A stretch of 62,881 bases of DNA, filler included. It is 8 parts of 8 records of this genome, joined end to end, with 100 filler letters (N's around TTAATTAATTAA, not from the genome) between each part and the next. Parts side by side here need not be neighbours in the genome. Positions count along the whole stretch, not along the records: positions 1 to 5,692 come from DRR723986_14515; positions 5,793 to 19,376 come from DRR723986_14519; 6 more parts are not named here. One strand, 5' to 3'. A program made the translations under genes and the position numbers. Shown in pieces: positions 1 to 9,808 of the stretch. How positions within the stretch are numbered: position 1 is the stretch's first letter; every line of letters starts with the position of its first letter. Below the pieces are notes generated by a model. The model saw only the letters and a program-made list of their open reading frames with translations. It was not told the origin of the DNA and ran no database searches.

Positions 1-276
1 TTCCGCGATGCAATGCAGCGTCAGCGTGGTTTTCCCCGAGCTTTCAGGCCCATAGATTTCGATAATCCGCCCCTTGGGCAGGCCACCAATACCCAAGGCG
101 ATATCCAGCCCCAACGACCCTGTCGAGGTGGCCTCGATGTCACGCACGGGGTTGTCGCCACCCATTTTCATGATCGAGCCTTTGCCGAACTGCCGCTCGA
201 TCTGGGCCAGGGCGCTATCGAGCGCCTTTTGCTTGTCTGCGTTTGCCTTGCTATCCATCGAAAGAAGATCTGCCAT
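1..276 (-). CDS. recA: Recombinase RecA, N-terminal part (runs off the window start; absent from the ORF track)
   Basis: Manual translation: [36 protein letters not shown]...[35 protein letters not shown] (Walker A). GGAG RBS at 287-290 on the minus strand. Confidence 0.97.
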   Translation of the reverse strand, partial: MADLLSMDSKANADKQKALDSALAQIERQFGKGSIMKMGGDNPVRDIEATSTGSLGLDIALGIGGLPKGRIIEIYGPESSGKTTLTLHCIAE

Positions 277-336
277 TTTGGGACTACTCCGGTCTCTTAT
301 TCCACACCCTGTGCTGGGCGGCAACACATGGCTTTT

Positions 337-351
337 GTTCTATTAATGTTC
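337..351. promoter_or_regulatory. Alphaproteobacterial LexA (SOS) box
   Basis: GTTC-TATTAAT-GTTC, an exact GTTC-N7-GTTC, 60 bp upstream of the recA start. Confidence 0.85.
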
Positions 352-423
352 TTATCGAAAAAATGAGATCAAAACAAGAACAATTCTGTTCTTCTGTTCA
401 CTTCCAGAAAATTTCACCTTAGG

Positions 424-439
424 GTTAATGCGTGGTTAA
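424..439. promoter_or_regulatory. CtrA binding site
   Basis: Minus strand TTAA-CCACGCA-TTAAC matches the TTAA-N7-TTAAC consensus. It lies in the divergent region between recA and the next gene, near cckA. Confidence 0.7.
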
Positions 440-491
440 GCCGTGCCGCGACATGGTGTTTTTCTTTTATTTCAAGGGTAAATGGTGGCCC

Positions 492-1094
492 ATGCTGGTA
501 TTTAGGAAACAAAAATTGGTGTTTTTAAGCGTGCCCAAAACCGGCACAACAGCCTTTCAACACGCATTGGCCCCCCATGCAGATATGGTGATTCTTGATC
601 CCCCACAGCTGAAACACGCCCCGCTTTATCGCTATAATCGTTTCTTTCGACCGATGTTTGAAAAGGCCGCAAAGACCGACGATATGGAAACCTTGGCCGT
701 GGTGCGCGAGCCAATCAGCTGGTTGGGCAGCTGGTATCGCTACCGGCGGCGGCCGGGGCTGGAAAGCCACCGCAACAGCACCCATAAATACAGTTTTGAT
801 GAATTTGTTTTGGCCTATACCCAGCCCAAGCCCCCGGCCTTTGCCAATGTGGGAAGCCAAGCCAAATTTCTAGAACCGCGCCCCAACGGCACAGCTGTGA
901 CATATCTCTTTCGCTACGAAGACCAAGAGGCGCTGCTGGCGTTTTTGCAAAAACGGCTTGATGTGCAATTCACCCTGCCCCGGATGAACGTATCGCCGGC
1001 CATTCCCCTGCAGCTGTCAGCCGAGGTAGAGCAGCGTTTGCGACAGCACTGCGCGGCTGAGTTTGCGCTATGGAACGCCATCGCGCCCGGCTAG
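492..1094 (+). CDS. Sulfotransferase-family-like protein (conserved Rhodobacteraceae type)
   Basis: MLVFRKQKLVFLSVPKTGTT (5'-PSB-like loop) and VVREPISWLGSWYRY (3'-PB-like motif). ATG 492 preferred over the track's GTG 432. Confidence 0.7.
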   Translation: MLVFRKQKLVFLSVPKTGTTAFQHALAPHADMVILDPPQLKHAPLYRYNRFFRPMFEKAAKTDDMETLAVVREPISWLGSWYRYRRRPGLESHRNSTHKYSFDEFVLAYTQPKPPAFANVGSQAKFLEPRPNGTAVTYLFRYEDQEALLAFLQKRLDVQFTLPRMNVSPAIPLQLSAEVEQRLRQHCAAEFALWNAIAPG

Positions 1095-3401
1095 GGCCTG
1101 TGCCATTTGTTCGGCCACAGTGGCCCCCAGATCAGCCAGTGAAAACGGTTTGGGCAAAAAAGTAGAATGGGCCAGGCCCAGCGGCTGTTCTGATACCGCC
1201 TCTTCGGCATAGCCCGACATAAAAATCACCCGCAACCCCGGGCGCGATTTCAGCGCTTGGCGCACCCAGCTTGGCCCATCAACCCCAGGCATAACCACAT
1301 CTGTCACCACCAAATCGGGCTGCAAAAGCGGGTCTGCCAACAAATCCAGCGCCTCTTCCCCCGATCCGGCCTCTAGCACCGTGTGCCCCCCCAAACGCAG
1401 CGCACGCGCCGCAAAGCTACGCACTGGCAGCTCGTCTTCCACCAACAAGATCAGCCCCTGGGCGCCGGGCTTGGGGCGCGGTGGCGGGGGCACTGGCAGG
1501 GGGGCATCGGCCATTTCGGGGCCGGTATAAACCGGAAAATAAAGGGTAAATGTGGTGCCAATGCCCTCGACACTATCAAGGAAAATAAACCCCCCGCTTT
1601 GTTTGACGATACCATACACCGTCGACAGGCCCAGCCCTGTGCCCTGCCCCGGCGGCTTTGTCGAAAAAAACGGCTCGAACACGCGCCTGCGCAGGCTTTC
1701 GGGTATGCCAACCCCATCATCACACACGCGAATGGCCACATAATCGCCGGCAGGCATAACCGCATGGTCGCGTTCCAGAGCTGTTGAAAGATGCACAGCC
1801 TCGGTTTCAAGGCGAATCGTGCCGCCCGCGGGCATGGCATCGCGAGCATTCACCACAAGGTTCATGATCACTTGTTCCAGCTGGCGTTTATCCACACGGA
1901 TCGGGCGCAGGCCCGGGGCGTGCTGCAGATCAAGCGCCAGTTTTTCGCCCACCAGCCGGTTTAGCAGATGGGTCAGATCTGCCAAAGTATCGCGCATATC
2001 CAAGACCTGGGGGCGCAGCGTTTGCTTGCGCGAAAAGGCCAGCAATTGCCCCACCAATGCAGCCGCGCGATTGGCGTTTTGGGTGATTTGCATCAGATCT
2101 GCATAATCTGGATCGCCCGCATCGTGGCGCATCAACAAAAGGTCGCAATGCCCTGATATTGCAGTCAAAAGATTGTTGAAATCATGGGCCACCCCACCTG
2201 CCAATTCACCCACCGCCTGCATTTTTTGGCTTTGAACGAACTGCGCCTCAAGCGCTTTGAAATCGGTTGCATCGCTTAATACGGCCAGCAGCGCAGGGGT
2301 GCCGTTATCTTGCATCGGATGCAGGGTGACTTGCACAAACACCTCATCATGGGTGCCCGTTAAACGCAGAAATTCGGTCTGCCGGCTCATCCGGTCGGCC
2401 ATGGCATCAGACAGCCAATCGCCAATCGACCGGCCCAGCCCCTCCATCACCGAGGACAATGGCCGCCCGGTGCAATCGGCCACTTGCAACAACTGGCACG
2501 CGGTGGGGTTGGCCATGCGAATAACCCCATCCGCCTGCAGCCGCAGCATGGCAACAGGCAGCTCATGAAACAGCCGTTCGGCCGCGGGGGCGCTGGGGGC
2601 ACCGGGGGGCGCCAGCAGATAAATTTCGCAGCGCTCCATCGCCTCGATCACATGCACCAAAAAGGCTTGGCTACCCTGCAAGGTGGGCAGCTGCATCACC
2701 TGCCCCGAGGCCGCGCCAGGTGGCAAAATAGCCTCACGATCATGCGGCCCCGGCCCAAATAGGCGCGCGGCCGCCGCATTCATTGCCAGCAGCGCGCCCA
2801 GGGGCGAAAAACACAAATATGGGGCGCCACTGGCCTGGGCCGCGGGCGTGGGATGGGGCGCCACCATGGGCAGCAATTGCCACAGGCACAGCTTTGGCCC
2901 CAAACGCCAGGCGGCAATACGCAAGCCTGACTGGCGGGTAAACGCCACATCGCTGGCCTGTGGTGCCGTTCGCAGCTGCGCGGCAAGCCGGGCAATCACA
3001 GGCGGCGGATCTGCCAGCCAATGCCCCATGGCGGCAGGCAGCGTTTTGGCCTGTTGGGCAGGCACCGGCCCTTCGGCCCACAGCACCCTATCGCCAGGCC
3101 CCACCAGCAGCAATTGCGCCCCCTGCGCCTGAAAAAGCCCCCGCGCCAGGAAAAGCAACCGCCGCGCCAGCCAAACCTGGCCTGCCGCAAACACCCAAGC
3201 CAGCGCCAAAGCCACCATAAGCGCGCTGGCCGCAGCCCAGCCCATGGCGGCCGCCAGCCCGCCTGAAACCAGCCCGGCCTGCGCCAAACCCCAAACCGCA
3301 AGCGGCGCCAAGGCACAGGCCAGCAGCGCCCCTAGCCGCCAATCATGCCGCAAGGCCCATAAAAGCCCCCAGTGCTGACCGATCTGATATGCACCAAACA
3401 T
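1068..3401 (-). CDS. cckA: Hybrid sensor histidine kinase CckA (TM, PAS-like, HisKA, HATPase, receiver)
   Basis: QSQKMQAVGELAGGVAHDFNNLL H-box, NLVVNARDAM, FEPFFSTK..GTGLGL, C-terminal receiver (LVEDE, DVVMP, KPF). Position near recA is typical. Start uncertain. Confidence 0.9.
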   Translation of the reverse strand: MFGAYQIGQHWGLLWALRHDWRLGALLACALAPLAVWGLAQAGLVSGGLAAAMGWAAASALMVALALAWVFAAGQVWLARRLLFLARGLFQAQGAQLLLVGPGDRVLWAEGPVPAQQAKTLPAAMGHWLADPPPVIARLAAQLRTAPQASDVAFTRQSGLRIAAWRLGPKLCLWQLLPMVAPHPTPAAQASGAPYLCFSPLGALLAMNAAAARLFGPGPHDREAILPPGAASGQVMQLPTLQGSQAFLVHVIEAMERCEIYLLAPPGAPSAPAAERLFHELPVAMLRLQADGVIRMANPTACQLLQVADCTGRPLSSVMEGLGRSIGDWLSDAMADRMSRQTEFLRLTGTHDEVFVQVTLHPMQDNGTPALLAVLSDATDFKALEAQFVQSQKMQAVGELAGGVAHDFNNLLTAISGHCDLLLMRHDAGDPDYADLMQITQNANRAAALVGQLLAFSRKQTLRPQVLDMRDTLADLTHLLNRLVGEKLALDLQHAPGLRPIRVDKRQLEQVIMNLVVNARDAMPAGGTIRLETEAVHLSTALERDHAVMPAGDYVAIRVCDDGVGIPESLRRRVFEPFFSTKPPGQGTGLGLSTVYGIVKQSGGFIFLDSVEGIGTTFTLYFPVYTGPEMADAPLPVPPPPRPKPGAQGLILLVEDELPVRSFAARALRLGGHTVLEAGSGEEALDLLADPLLQPDLVVTDVVMPGVDGPSWVRQALKSRPGLRVIFMSGYAEEAVSEQPLGLAHSTFLPKPFSLADLGATVAEQMAQALAGRDGVP

Positions 3402-3454
3402 TGCAAAATTGGCCCTTCTGCCCAAACCCGGCAGGCATAGTGAAACCGCTACCC

Positions 3455-3470
3455 GTTAAGCAAAGCCTAA
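3455..3470. promoter_or_regulatory. Possible CtrA site upstream of cckA
   Basis: Minus strand TTAG-GCTTTGC-TTAAC, one mismatch to consensus. Confidence 0.4.
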
Positions 3471-3503
3471 GGCGCACGGAAACTCTACTTAAAATTGCAA
3501 AAA

Positions 3504-4676
3504 TCACAGATCCCGGCGTAACACCGCCAAGAAAAACCCGTCGCCTTCGGGGCCAGGCAGCCAATGGTGGCAAAAAACCTGCCGCCACCCTGCGGTTTTT
3601 TCTAAAAACTGGCTGATCCGCTGATCGTTTTCTTGCCGCAAAACAGAGCATGTTGCATAGGCCAGCACGCCGCCTTTGGCCACCAAAGGCGCCGCTTGTT
3701 GCAAGATCAGGTCTTGGGTGGCGTTCAGCGCCTGCAGGCTTTCGGCCGATAGCAGCCATTTTGCCTCGGGGGTGCGCCGCCATGTGCCGCTGCCCGAGCA
3801 GGGCACATCTGCCAAAACCAGATCGAACGGCGCCAACCCCGCCAAAGCGGATTGATCTGTAACACATTCAACCGCCACATCGGCGCGCGCGGCGCGGGCG
3901 GGCAAATCTTTCAACCGCTGGGCGTGGGCATCATGGGCATAAAGCCGCGCGCGCCCGGCCCGCGGCGCCATGGCCAGCACCTTGCCACCACCGCCGGCGC
4001 AATAATCTAGAATGCGCCCTTCCTGCGGCACATCCAGCAGGCCCACCAGGGCCTGTGCCGCGCCATCCTGCAGCTCGACCAGGCCTTGCAGATAGGCCTG
4101 GCTTTGCGCCAGTTTGCGCGCCCCCTCGCCCAAAATAATGGCCGTGTCAGCAATGGCGGCGGGGTGGGCCAAAACCCCCTCGGCGCCCAGCGCGGCAATG
4201 GCGCGGGCACGATCGGATTTTGCGGTATTGACCCGCAGCATAACAGGCGCACGATGGCGTTGGGTTTCGGCCACACCAGCGGCATTTGCCCCCAGGCTTT
4301 CCTGCCAGAGCGGCATCAACCAATCAGGCAAATCCATTGCATCAGCGCCCTGTGGCGCATGGCCCGCGGCCTGTTCGGCCGCATCAAGCGGCGCCAAGCC
4401 ATAGCCCGCGCCGGCAAATATCTGTGCGCCATCCAGCCCCTGGGCCCGCACCAGCCCCAGCATCAGCGCGCGCCCATCAGCCCCCCCACCAAGGCAGGCA
4501 TAAGAGCGCCGGCAGCGCAGCGCATCAAACACATGATCACGGATGGCGGCACGGTCTTTCGACCCGGCAAAACGCGCCCCACGCGCCCAGCGCGTCAGCG
4601 CCGCCTCGGCGGGTTGGCCGCCAGCGATCTGATCCAAGATGCTGGCCGCAGCCGCAACCCGCGCCGCCGGCGTCAT
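3504..4676 (-). CDS. RsmB/NOP family RNA m5C methyltransferase
   Basis: MTPAARVAAA start, ELQD, LDYCAGGGGK, DVPCSGSGTWRR and YATCS motifs. Confidence 0.93.
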   Translation of the reverse strand: MTPAARVAAAASILDQIAGGQPAEAALTRWARGARFAGSKDRAAIRDHVFDALRCRRSYACLGGGADGRALMLGLVRAQGLDGAQIFAGAGYGLAPLDAAEQAAGHAPQGADAMDLPDWLMPLWQESLGANAAGVAETQRHRAPVMLRVNTAKSDRARAIAALGAEGVLAHPAAIADTAIILGEGARKLAQSQAYLQGLVELQDGAAQALVGLLDVPQEGRILDYCAGGGGKVLAMAPRAGRARLYAHDAHAQRLKDLPARAARADVAVECVTDQSALAGLAPFDLVLADVPCSGSGTWRRTPEAKWLLSAESLQALNATQDLILQQAAPLVAKGGVLAYATCSVLRQENDQRISQFLEKTAGWRQVFCHHWLPGPEGDGFFLAVLRRDL

Positions 4677-5451
4677 GGCGCCACCTTGGCATAGCCATGC
4701 CCCACCGCCACCAGCCGGGCAAATTTATCAGGCCCCAGCAAATGCCCGCCCGCGCAAACCAGCCCACGCTGTGCCACCTCGTCCATCGCGCGGCGGCGGG
4801 TTTCGCGGGCAAGCGCCGGATCGACATCGTATTTGGTGCAACAGTGCGGATCTTGCAGCTGCAATGCCTCTGAATGCACAATATCGGCCACCAGAACCAG
4901 GCCGTTGCCCACCCGCAGCCCTGAATGGCCGGGGGTATGGCCAGGCAAATGCCAAAATGTCAGCCCCGGTGCCACCTCTTGGCCATCGTCCAGCAGCCGG
5001 ATACGCCCCCCCAAAGCCGCCAGAACGCGGCCACCGGGCGTGTCGCTGCCCTGCCAATGCTGCGCCTCGGCCGGGTGCATCACCACCTCGGCATTGGGAA
5101 AAACCAGCCCGCCATCGCCCAGCGCACCGCCGCAATGATCGCCATGCAGATGGGTAAACACCAGCCGCCCAATCTGCGCCGGGGCCACGCCCATATCGGC
5201 CAAGAGCCCCAAAACGCGCCCGCCCTTGGCACCGGCCAGCGCGCCATAGCCTGCATCAACCAGCGTCAGCACGCCATCGCCCTCGATCAGAAAGGCGTTG
5301 AACTCGGTCCTGATATCGGCCTCGCCCGCCGCCGCCAGACGCGCCTTGCATTCGATCTCGGAGAGCTCGGGAAACACCTCGGGCGCGAAACTGCCCTGCC
5401 CATCGGTCAGGCAGCTTACTTGCCAGCCGTCTTGATGCCAGCGCGCGCCCA

Positions 5452-5452
<1 letters not shown>
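4673..5452 (-). CDS. MBL-fold metallo-hydrolase (lactonase / methyl-parathion-hydrolase-like)
   Basis: THLHGDH, GHTPGH, ADIVH motifs. Start overlaps the guaB stop and stop overlaps the rsmB start. Confidence 0.85.
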
Positions 5453-5692
<240 letters not shown>

Positions 5693-5792
5693 NNNNNNNN
5701 NNNNNNNNNNNNNNNNNNNNNNNNNNNNNNNNNNNNTTAATTAATTAANNNNNNNNNNNNNNNNNNNNNNNNNNNNNNNNNNNNNNNNNNNN
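5693..5792. other. Artificial contig linker
   Basis: N44-TTAATTAATTAA-N44, a six-frame stop linker. Confidence 0.99.
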
Positions 5793-5795
5793 CCT

Positions 5796-5975
5796 ATTCC
5801 GCCTAAAGGCGGTACTACGAACCAGATAGCAGTAACATTCCGCCTAAAGGCGGTACTACGAACTTGCCAGCGACATGTTGCCGCCTAGAGGCGGGTGGGT
5901 CTACGAACTAGAGTGGACGTCTAAAGGCGGTACTACGCTCTGTTAGAGGGGATGTTTCCGACTGAGGGCGTACTA
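5796..5975. repeat. Tandem array of palindromic GTAG-type REP-like units, period about 41 bp
   Basis: ATTCCGCCTAAAGGCGGTACTACGAAC is identical at 5796-5822 and 5837-5863, with degenerate copies near 5878-5908, 5918-5937 and 5956-5975. Internal hairpin CCGCCT-AA-AGGCGG; GTAG precedes it on the minus strand. Confidence 0.8.
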
Positions 5976-7928
5976 GTTGCGAGCATGCGACATTATTTCC
6001 CAAAGACGCTCGAGCTGTTTAGCATCCTGCTGCTTCGGGGACCATCCGCCGAACATGACGCGGTCAAATAGCTTGGCGACCAAGTTGCTCTGCTTCGCCA
6101 TTTCGGGAATCTGATTTGCAAGTTCGCGAGCGTACTCCGAAGCAGTCCACTCGGGCTGACATTTGGCATCACGCTCTGCTCCCCAAGCTTGTAAAGCCGC
6201 GTAAGTGTGCTTAACGATCTGCTCTGGAGTCCATTGGCCGGAAGATCGGAATGGGTTCTCATACTCTGCAAACGGCTTGAGGCGTTCTTGAGGCGATGCT
6301 TGTGTGTTCGGTTCTTCGGGTGTCTGTTCTGCAGCAACGGAACCACCGAAGATCCCGGCCAACAACTGTTTCAAACGCTGCCAAAGGAGACGTATCTCCT
6401 CTGGGTGTGTAATCGCGTAGCCAACAATCACAAGTATCAGAATGATCAGTGTTAGCCATTTGAACAGTTGCCCTAGGCCAGAAGGCATCGCGAAGCGAGG
6501 TAAGCTGGAACTTGGAGTCGATCGACTATTGCGCCCGGTGTCTTTTGCTTGACCTTCATTGCTGGACTTCCCCGATGGCGCGTCACTGCCGGTTTCGTTC
6601 TCAGGCGTTTCGGCATCACTCGCAGAACTGTCGCCATCGTCTTTTGGTGAATCAGCTTGGCGTTCGCCATCAGCAGTATTCGGTTTCTCGCGATTGCTTT
6701 GGTCGCCCGACGTTTCATTTCTGCTTGTTTCGGAATCGTCTCTAGGGCGATCTTGCGGGCTACCAGTTTGGTCGCTCTGGGACGGCTCTTGTTCGGTTCG
6801 CGATGATTCGCGATCAGAGCCACTGCGGTCTTGTGAGCCGTCCGACTTGCCCTTTTCCTGTCCACCGGATGCTTGTTTTTGTGCATCCTTCGATTCGCCT
6901 GACGTTTCCTCAGACTTGCCGCCGTTGGCTGCACCTTGGTTAGGATCTTCTTTTTGACTGGTTGGCTTTCCTCCCTCCTCTTCTTCTCCCTCGTCGCCCC
7001 AGCCCCAGCGACTGGTCATCAAATCGTCGGGCGACTCAGCCAGTGGCAGCTCGAAGAGTCCCATGTTCCGACCGGGGAGTGGAAGTACTAGACAGACAAC
7101 GAGCAGAATGCAGACGGCCAGGATGGCTGAACCGAGCCAGCTACGCGATAGCTCGCCAGGCATCTCCAGCCCCTTGTGCCGCACGTAGCGCCGCATCGAC
7201 AAGAAAGATGTAGAAGTCAATAGCGACATGCTGCATCCGAGATAGATGATCAGCGCGGTGAACCCGGAACTTGATGACTCCGGTGGCAGAACCATTTGCC
7301 CAAGACCAAACAATGGAAGAGCGAGTAGGGCGAAGTAGAGGACCCAGACGCCTTGGTTGTGCTTCTTCGTTTTTGCTTTGGTGACTTTCCCGTAGGCGTT
7401 CGTCCGCACAACCGCTTTCGGCTTGCGAGATAGTGCGTCGGGTTTCTTTAGGATTCCAAGTGACTGCAAGAGGCCTTGCCTGCTGCCGGGCTCCCGTGAA
7501 TCGAAAACAGCGCAGTCGAAGGTGATTCGATCGGCCAGCCACCACGCAAATCCTAGCAGTGCCAAATTGATCAACCATGAAAGTGGCGCTAGGGGACCGG
7601 TTGGATTTACAAAACGACAGATTGCAACGTAGGCTGCTAGGCCAAGGGGAATACTAAACAGATTTGCATGCGCTCGCCCACTTTCGATGGCGATCAGTGC
7701 GATCAGAACCGTTGCGCCGGAGAAGAGCGTCAGCAAGTACATCAGCCGGACGTCAAAGTCCCCTCGGTAAAACGCGAGGACAAGAAAGTAGAGCAAGCTG
7801 ATAACCATTCCGATAATCAGCACGGGGACGAGTGCAAGCACCGCCGAGTCCATGAAGGTCGGTCTTAGACGCGATGGTTGCAATTCCCTTTTTCGACGCG
7901 TCGCCAACCGAATTTCCTTCGTTGTCAC
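5973..7928 (-). CDS. Multi-pass membrane protein with acidic low-complexity linker and DUF4129-like C-terminal domain
   Basis: Several hydrophobic helices, an S/E/D/G-rich linker, C-terminal YAALQAWG...WTASEYA...FDRVMFG. Start may be ATG 7853. Confidence 0.7.
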   Translation of the reverse strand: MTTKEIRLATRRKRELQPSRLRPTFMDSAVLALVPVLIIGMVISLLYFLVLAFYRGDFDVRLMYLLTLFSGATVLIALIAIESGRAHANLFSIPLGLAAYVAICRFVNPTGPLAPLSWLINLALLGFAWWLADRITFDCAVFDSREPGSRQGLLQSLGILKKPDALSRKPKAVVRTNAYGKVTKAKTKKHNQGVWVLYFALLALPLFGLGQMVLPPESSSSGFTALIIYLGCSMSLLTSTSFLSMRRYVRHKGLEMPGELSRSWLGSAILAVCILLVVCLVLPLPGRNMGLFELPLAESPDDLMTSRWGWGDEGEEEEGGKPTSQKEDPNQGAANGGKSEETSGESKDAQKQASGGQEKGKSDGSQDRSGSDRESSRTEQEPSQSDQTGSPQDRPRDDSETSRNETSGDQSNREKPNTADGERQADSPKDDGDSSASDAETPENETGSDAPSGKSSNEGQAKDTGRNSRSTPSSSLPRFAMPSGLGQLFKWLTLIILILVIVGYAITHPEEIRLLWQRLKQLLAGIFGGSVAAEQTPEEPNTQASPQERLKPFAEYENPFRSSGQWTPEQIVKHTYAALQAWGAERDAKCQPEWTASEYARELANQIPEMAKQSNLVAKLFDRVMFGGWSPKQQDAKQLERLWEIMSHARN

Positions 7929-8050
7929 TCAGTTTTAAATAGCCAGGAGCGATTCAACCCGTGCGAAAGGCCCCGTATGCCCATGCGAGGCACTACATTT
8001 TTGCCCCGACGGCCTGCGATGATCTCACGCAGCCGGTATGAAACGGAGAC

Positions 8051-9808
8051 CTACTGAACTCGAATCATACGTTGACTCTGCCTTTGCCTTCCACTTCGGT
8101 CGGTCCATCGTATGCGGATCAGATGACTTCCCTTCGCAACGTCTACACTCATTTCACCGACGAAAAAGTGAGGCGTAGGATGAGGACGCGTTAACTCGCG
8201 AAATTCCTTTGGCTCAATTTTACTTTCCCGCAACTTTACGTCGACAAAGGAAGGATCCAGGCTGGTCTTCTGCTGCAGCGGGATCCATTCGTCGCCAATT
8301 CTCGCTTCAACGGTATCCAACTGCGATGCTGCGAAAACATTCACGGCCAAGCTGACGGTTGAGCCCTGGGCCGCCTTCTCAGGTGCGTAGATCTGCATCT
8401 GCTTATTGGAAGGGCGATTCGCGGCATAGAAATCCAGCGAGTACCGTGATCCATCGAACGACATGACGCTGTAGCCATTCGGTCCCCCGTCGCTCATGGT
8501 TGCGTGTGGAATGCCACGTTCATCCTTCTGCCCACTCCACCAGCTACCGCATACGGTGACGTTAACGATATGGTGATGTGGTTCGGGACCTTGCCATCCG
8601 TCATCAGTGTCAATGTAGCGGTGTTCCATGTAGTGCGTGTGCGCGGAAACGCTGACCGTCGCTGGGCGTTGCTCGATCAGTCGGTAGAGTTCTTTCCGGT
8701 CGCCCACGTCATTGAGCGGAATGTGCATTAGCAGAACCACGAGCTGCGTTTGGGGAATCAGTTCAAGATCCCGTCGGATAAAATCCAACTGTGTCTGACC
8801 AAGTCCGCCAACGTACTTGCCGTTCGCACCATTCTTGCCACCTACAAAGCTAACGTCATCCAGCACGAGAAAGTGTGCGGGACCGTGGTCAAAAGAGTAG
8901 TAGCTCGGGCCGAAGTGCCGTTCAAAGGTCTCATCGCTGAGGCGGTCATTCGGTGCGTCCAGGTTCAAGTCATGGTTGCCAATCACGTTGTACCAGGGGA
9001 TCCCAATCAGGGCGATCGCATTGGTCAAGGGATCAATCATGTCCAAATCATCAAACACAATGTCGCCCAGAGTAACGCCGAACGATGCCCCGTGCGCCTC
9101 GGACGCAACAATTTGCTCAATCACATCGTGTTCGATGTATTCGACCTCTTCGATATTTCGGGGCTGAGGGTCACCAAACAATATTGCCTTGAACGTTTCA
9201 GGCTCATCGTTTCGAAGCAGTCCGAAATCGATTGATTCTGGCAGCGGTCCAGTTGGCTCGACGCCGGCAAACTTGGACTGAGGTGAGCCGGCAGGTTTGT
9301 GAATGTAGTAGAACTGTGGCAGGTTTCGCTCGTTGGTTGGCAGACGAAAGCCCCGCGGCTTGATAACGAACACAATCGAGTCATCTGAGACTTGGATTTC
9401 GTACGTTCCATCCGTCTCCGTCTGAACGATGTCTCGCCCGTTGCTAACACGTACTCCGCGCACGCCTTGCTCGTTCGGATCTTGAATGCCGTTGCCGTTC
9501 AGGTCGTCGAACACAGTACCTTTTGCGAGTGACGTAAACGGCCCAACCTCACGTTGGTGTTCATGCCCATCATGGGCCATCGTTGTCAAAGCGAATAATG
9601 CGATCAGGGCCAGAGACAGAAATGTGGGCTTCGATCGGTAGCGATTGCAAGACAAGTTTACGTTCCTTGCGTGGTGGAAGTTTGGCGGGATGGATAGGTG
9701 GGAACTCAGCGGCGCGGAGCTACTGCCGTAGTTGTGGTCTAACGCCCTCAGGGCAACGGGCACAGCCAACAGACGTGGGAAGCTGTGGACCGCTCGGGAA
9801 GCATTCAT
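8051..9808 (-). CDS. Secreted calcineurin-like metallophosphoesterase
   Basis: GDPQ, LGDIVFD, IGNHD, MHIP, SAHTH motifs and an N-terminal VFDDLNGNG domain. The true start may be downstream, near the signal-like segment. Confidence 0.88.
   Translation of the reverse strand: MNASRAVHSFPRLLAVPVALRALDHNYGSSSAPLSSHLSIPPNFHHARNVNLSCNRYRSKPTFLSLALIALFALTTMAHDGHEHQREVGPFTSLAKGTVFDDLNGNGIQDPNEQGVRGVRVSNGRDIVQTETDGTYEIQVSDDSIVFVIKPRGFRLPTNERNLPQFYYIHKPAGSPQSKFAGVEPTGPLPESIDFGLLRNDEPETFKAILFGDPQPRNIEEVEYIEHDVIEQIVASEAHGASFGVTLGDIVFDDLDMIDPLTNAIALIGIPWYNVIGNHDLNLDAPNDRLSDETFERHFGPSYYSFDHGPAHFLVLDDVSFVGGKNGANGKYVGGLGQTQLDFIRRDLELIPQTQLVVLLMHIPLNDVGDRKELYRLIEQRPATVSVSAHTHYMEHRYIDTDDGWQGPEPHHHIVNVTVCGSWWSGQKDERGIPHATMSDGGPNGYSVMSFDGSRYSLDFYAANRPSNKQMQIYAPEKAAQGSTVSLAVNVFAASQLDTVEARIGDEWIPLQQKTSLDPSFVDVKLRESKIEPKEFRELTRPHPTPHFFVGEMSVDVAKGSHLIRIRWTDRSGRQRQSQRMIRVQ

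Noticed and set aside
5737..5748. TTAATTAATTAA motif repeated seven times, as a biological repeat or CtrA site
   Set aside because: Always centred in N runs. It is a synthetic six-frame-stop linker.
5796..5975. CRISPR array
   Set aside because: Spacers are only about 14 bp, copies decay quickly, no cas gene is on the contig, and the GTAG-hairpin structure fits REP elements better.
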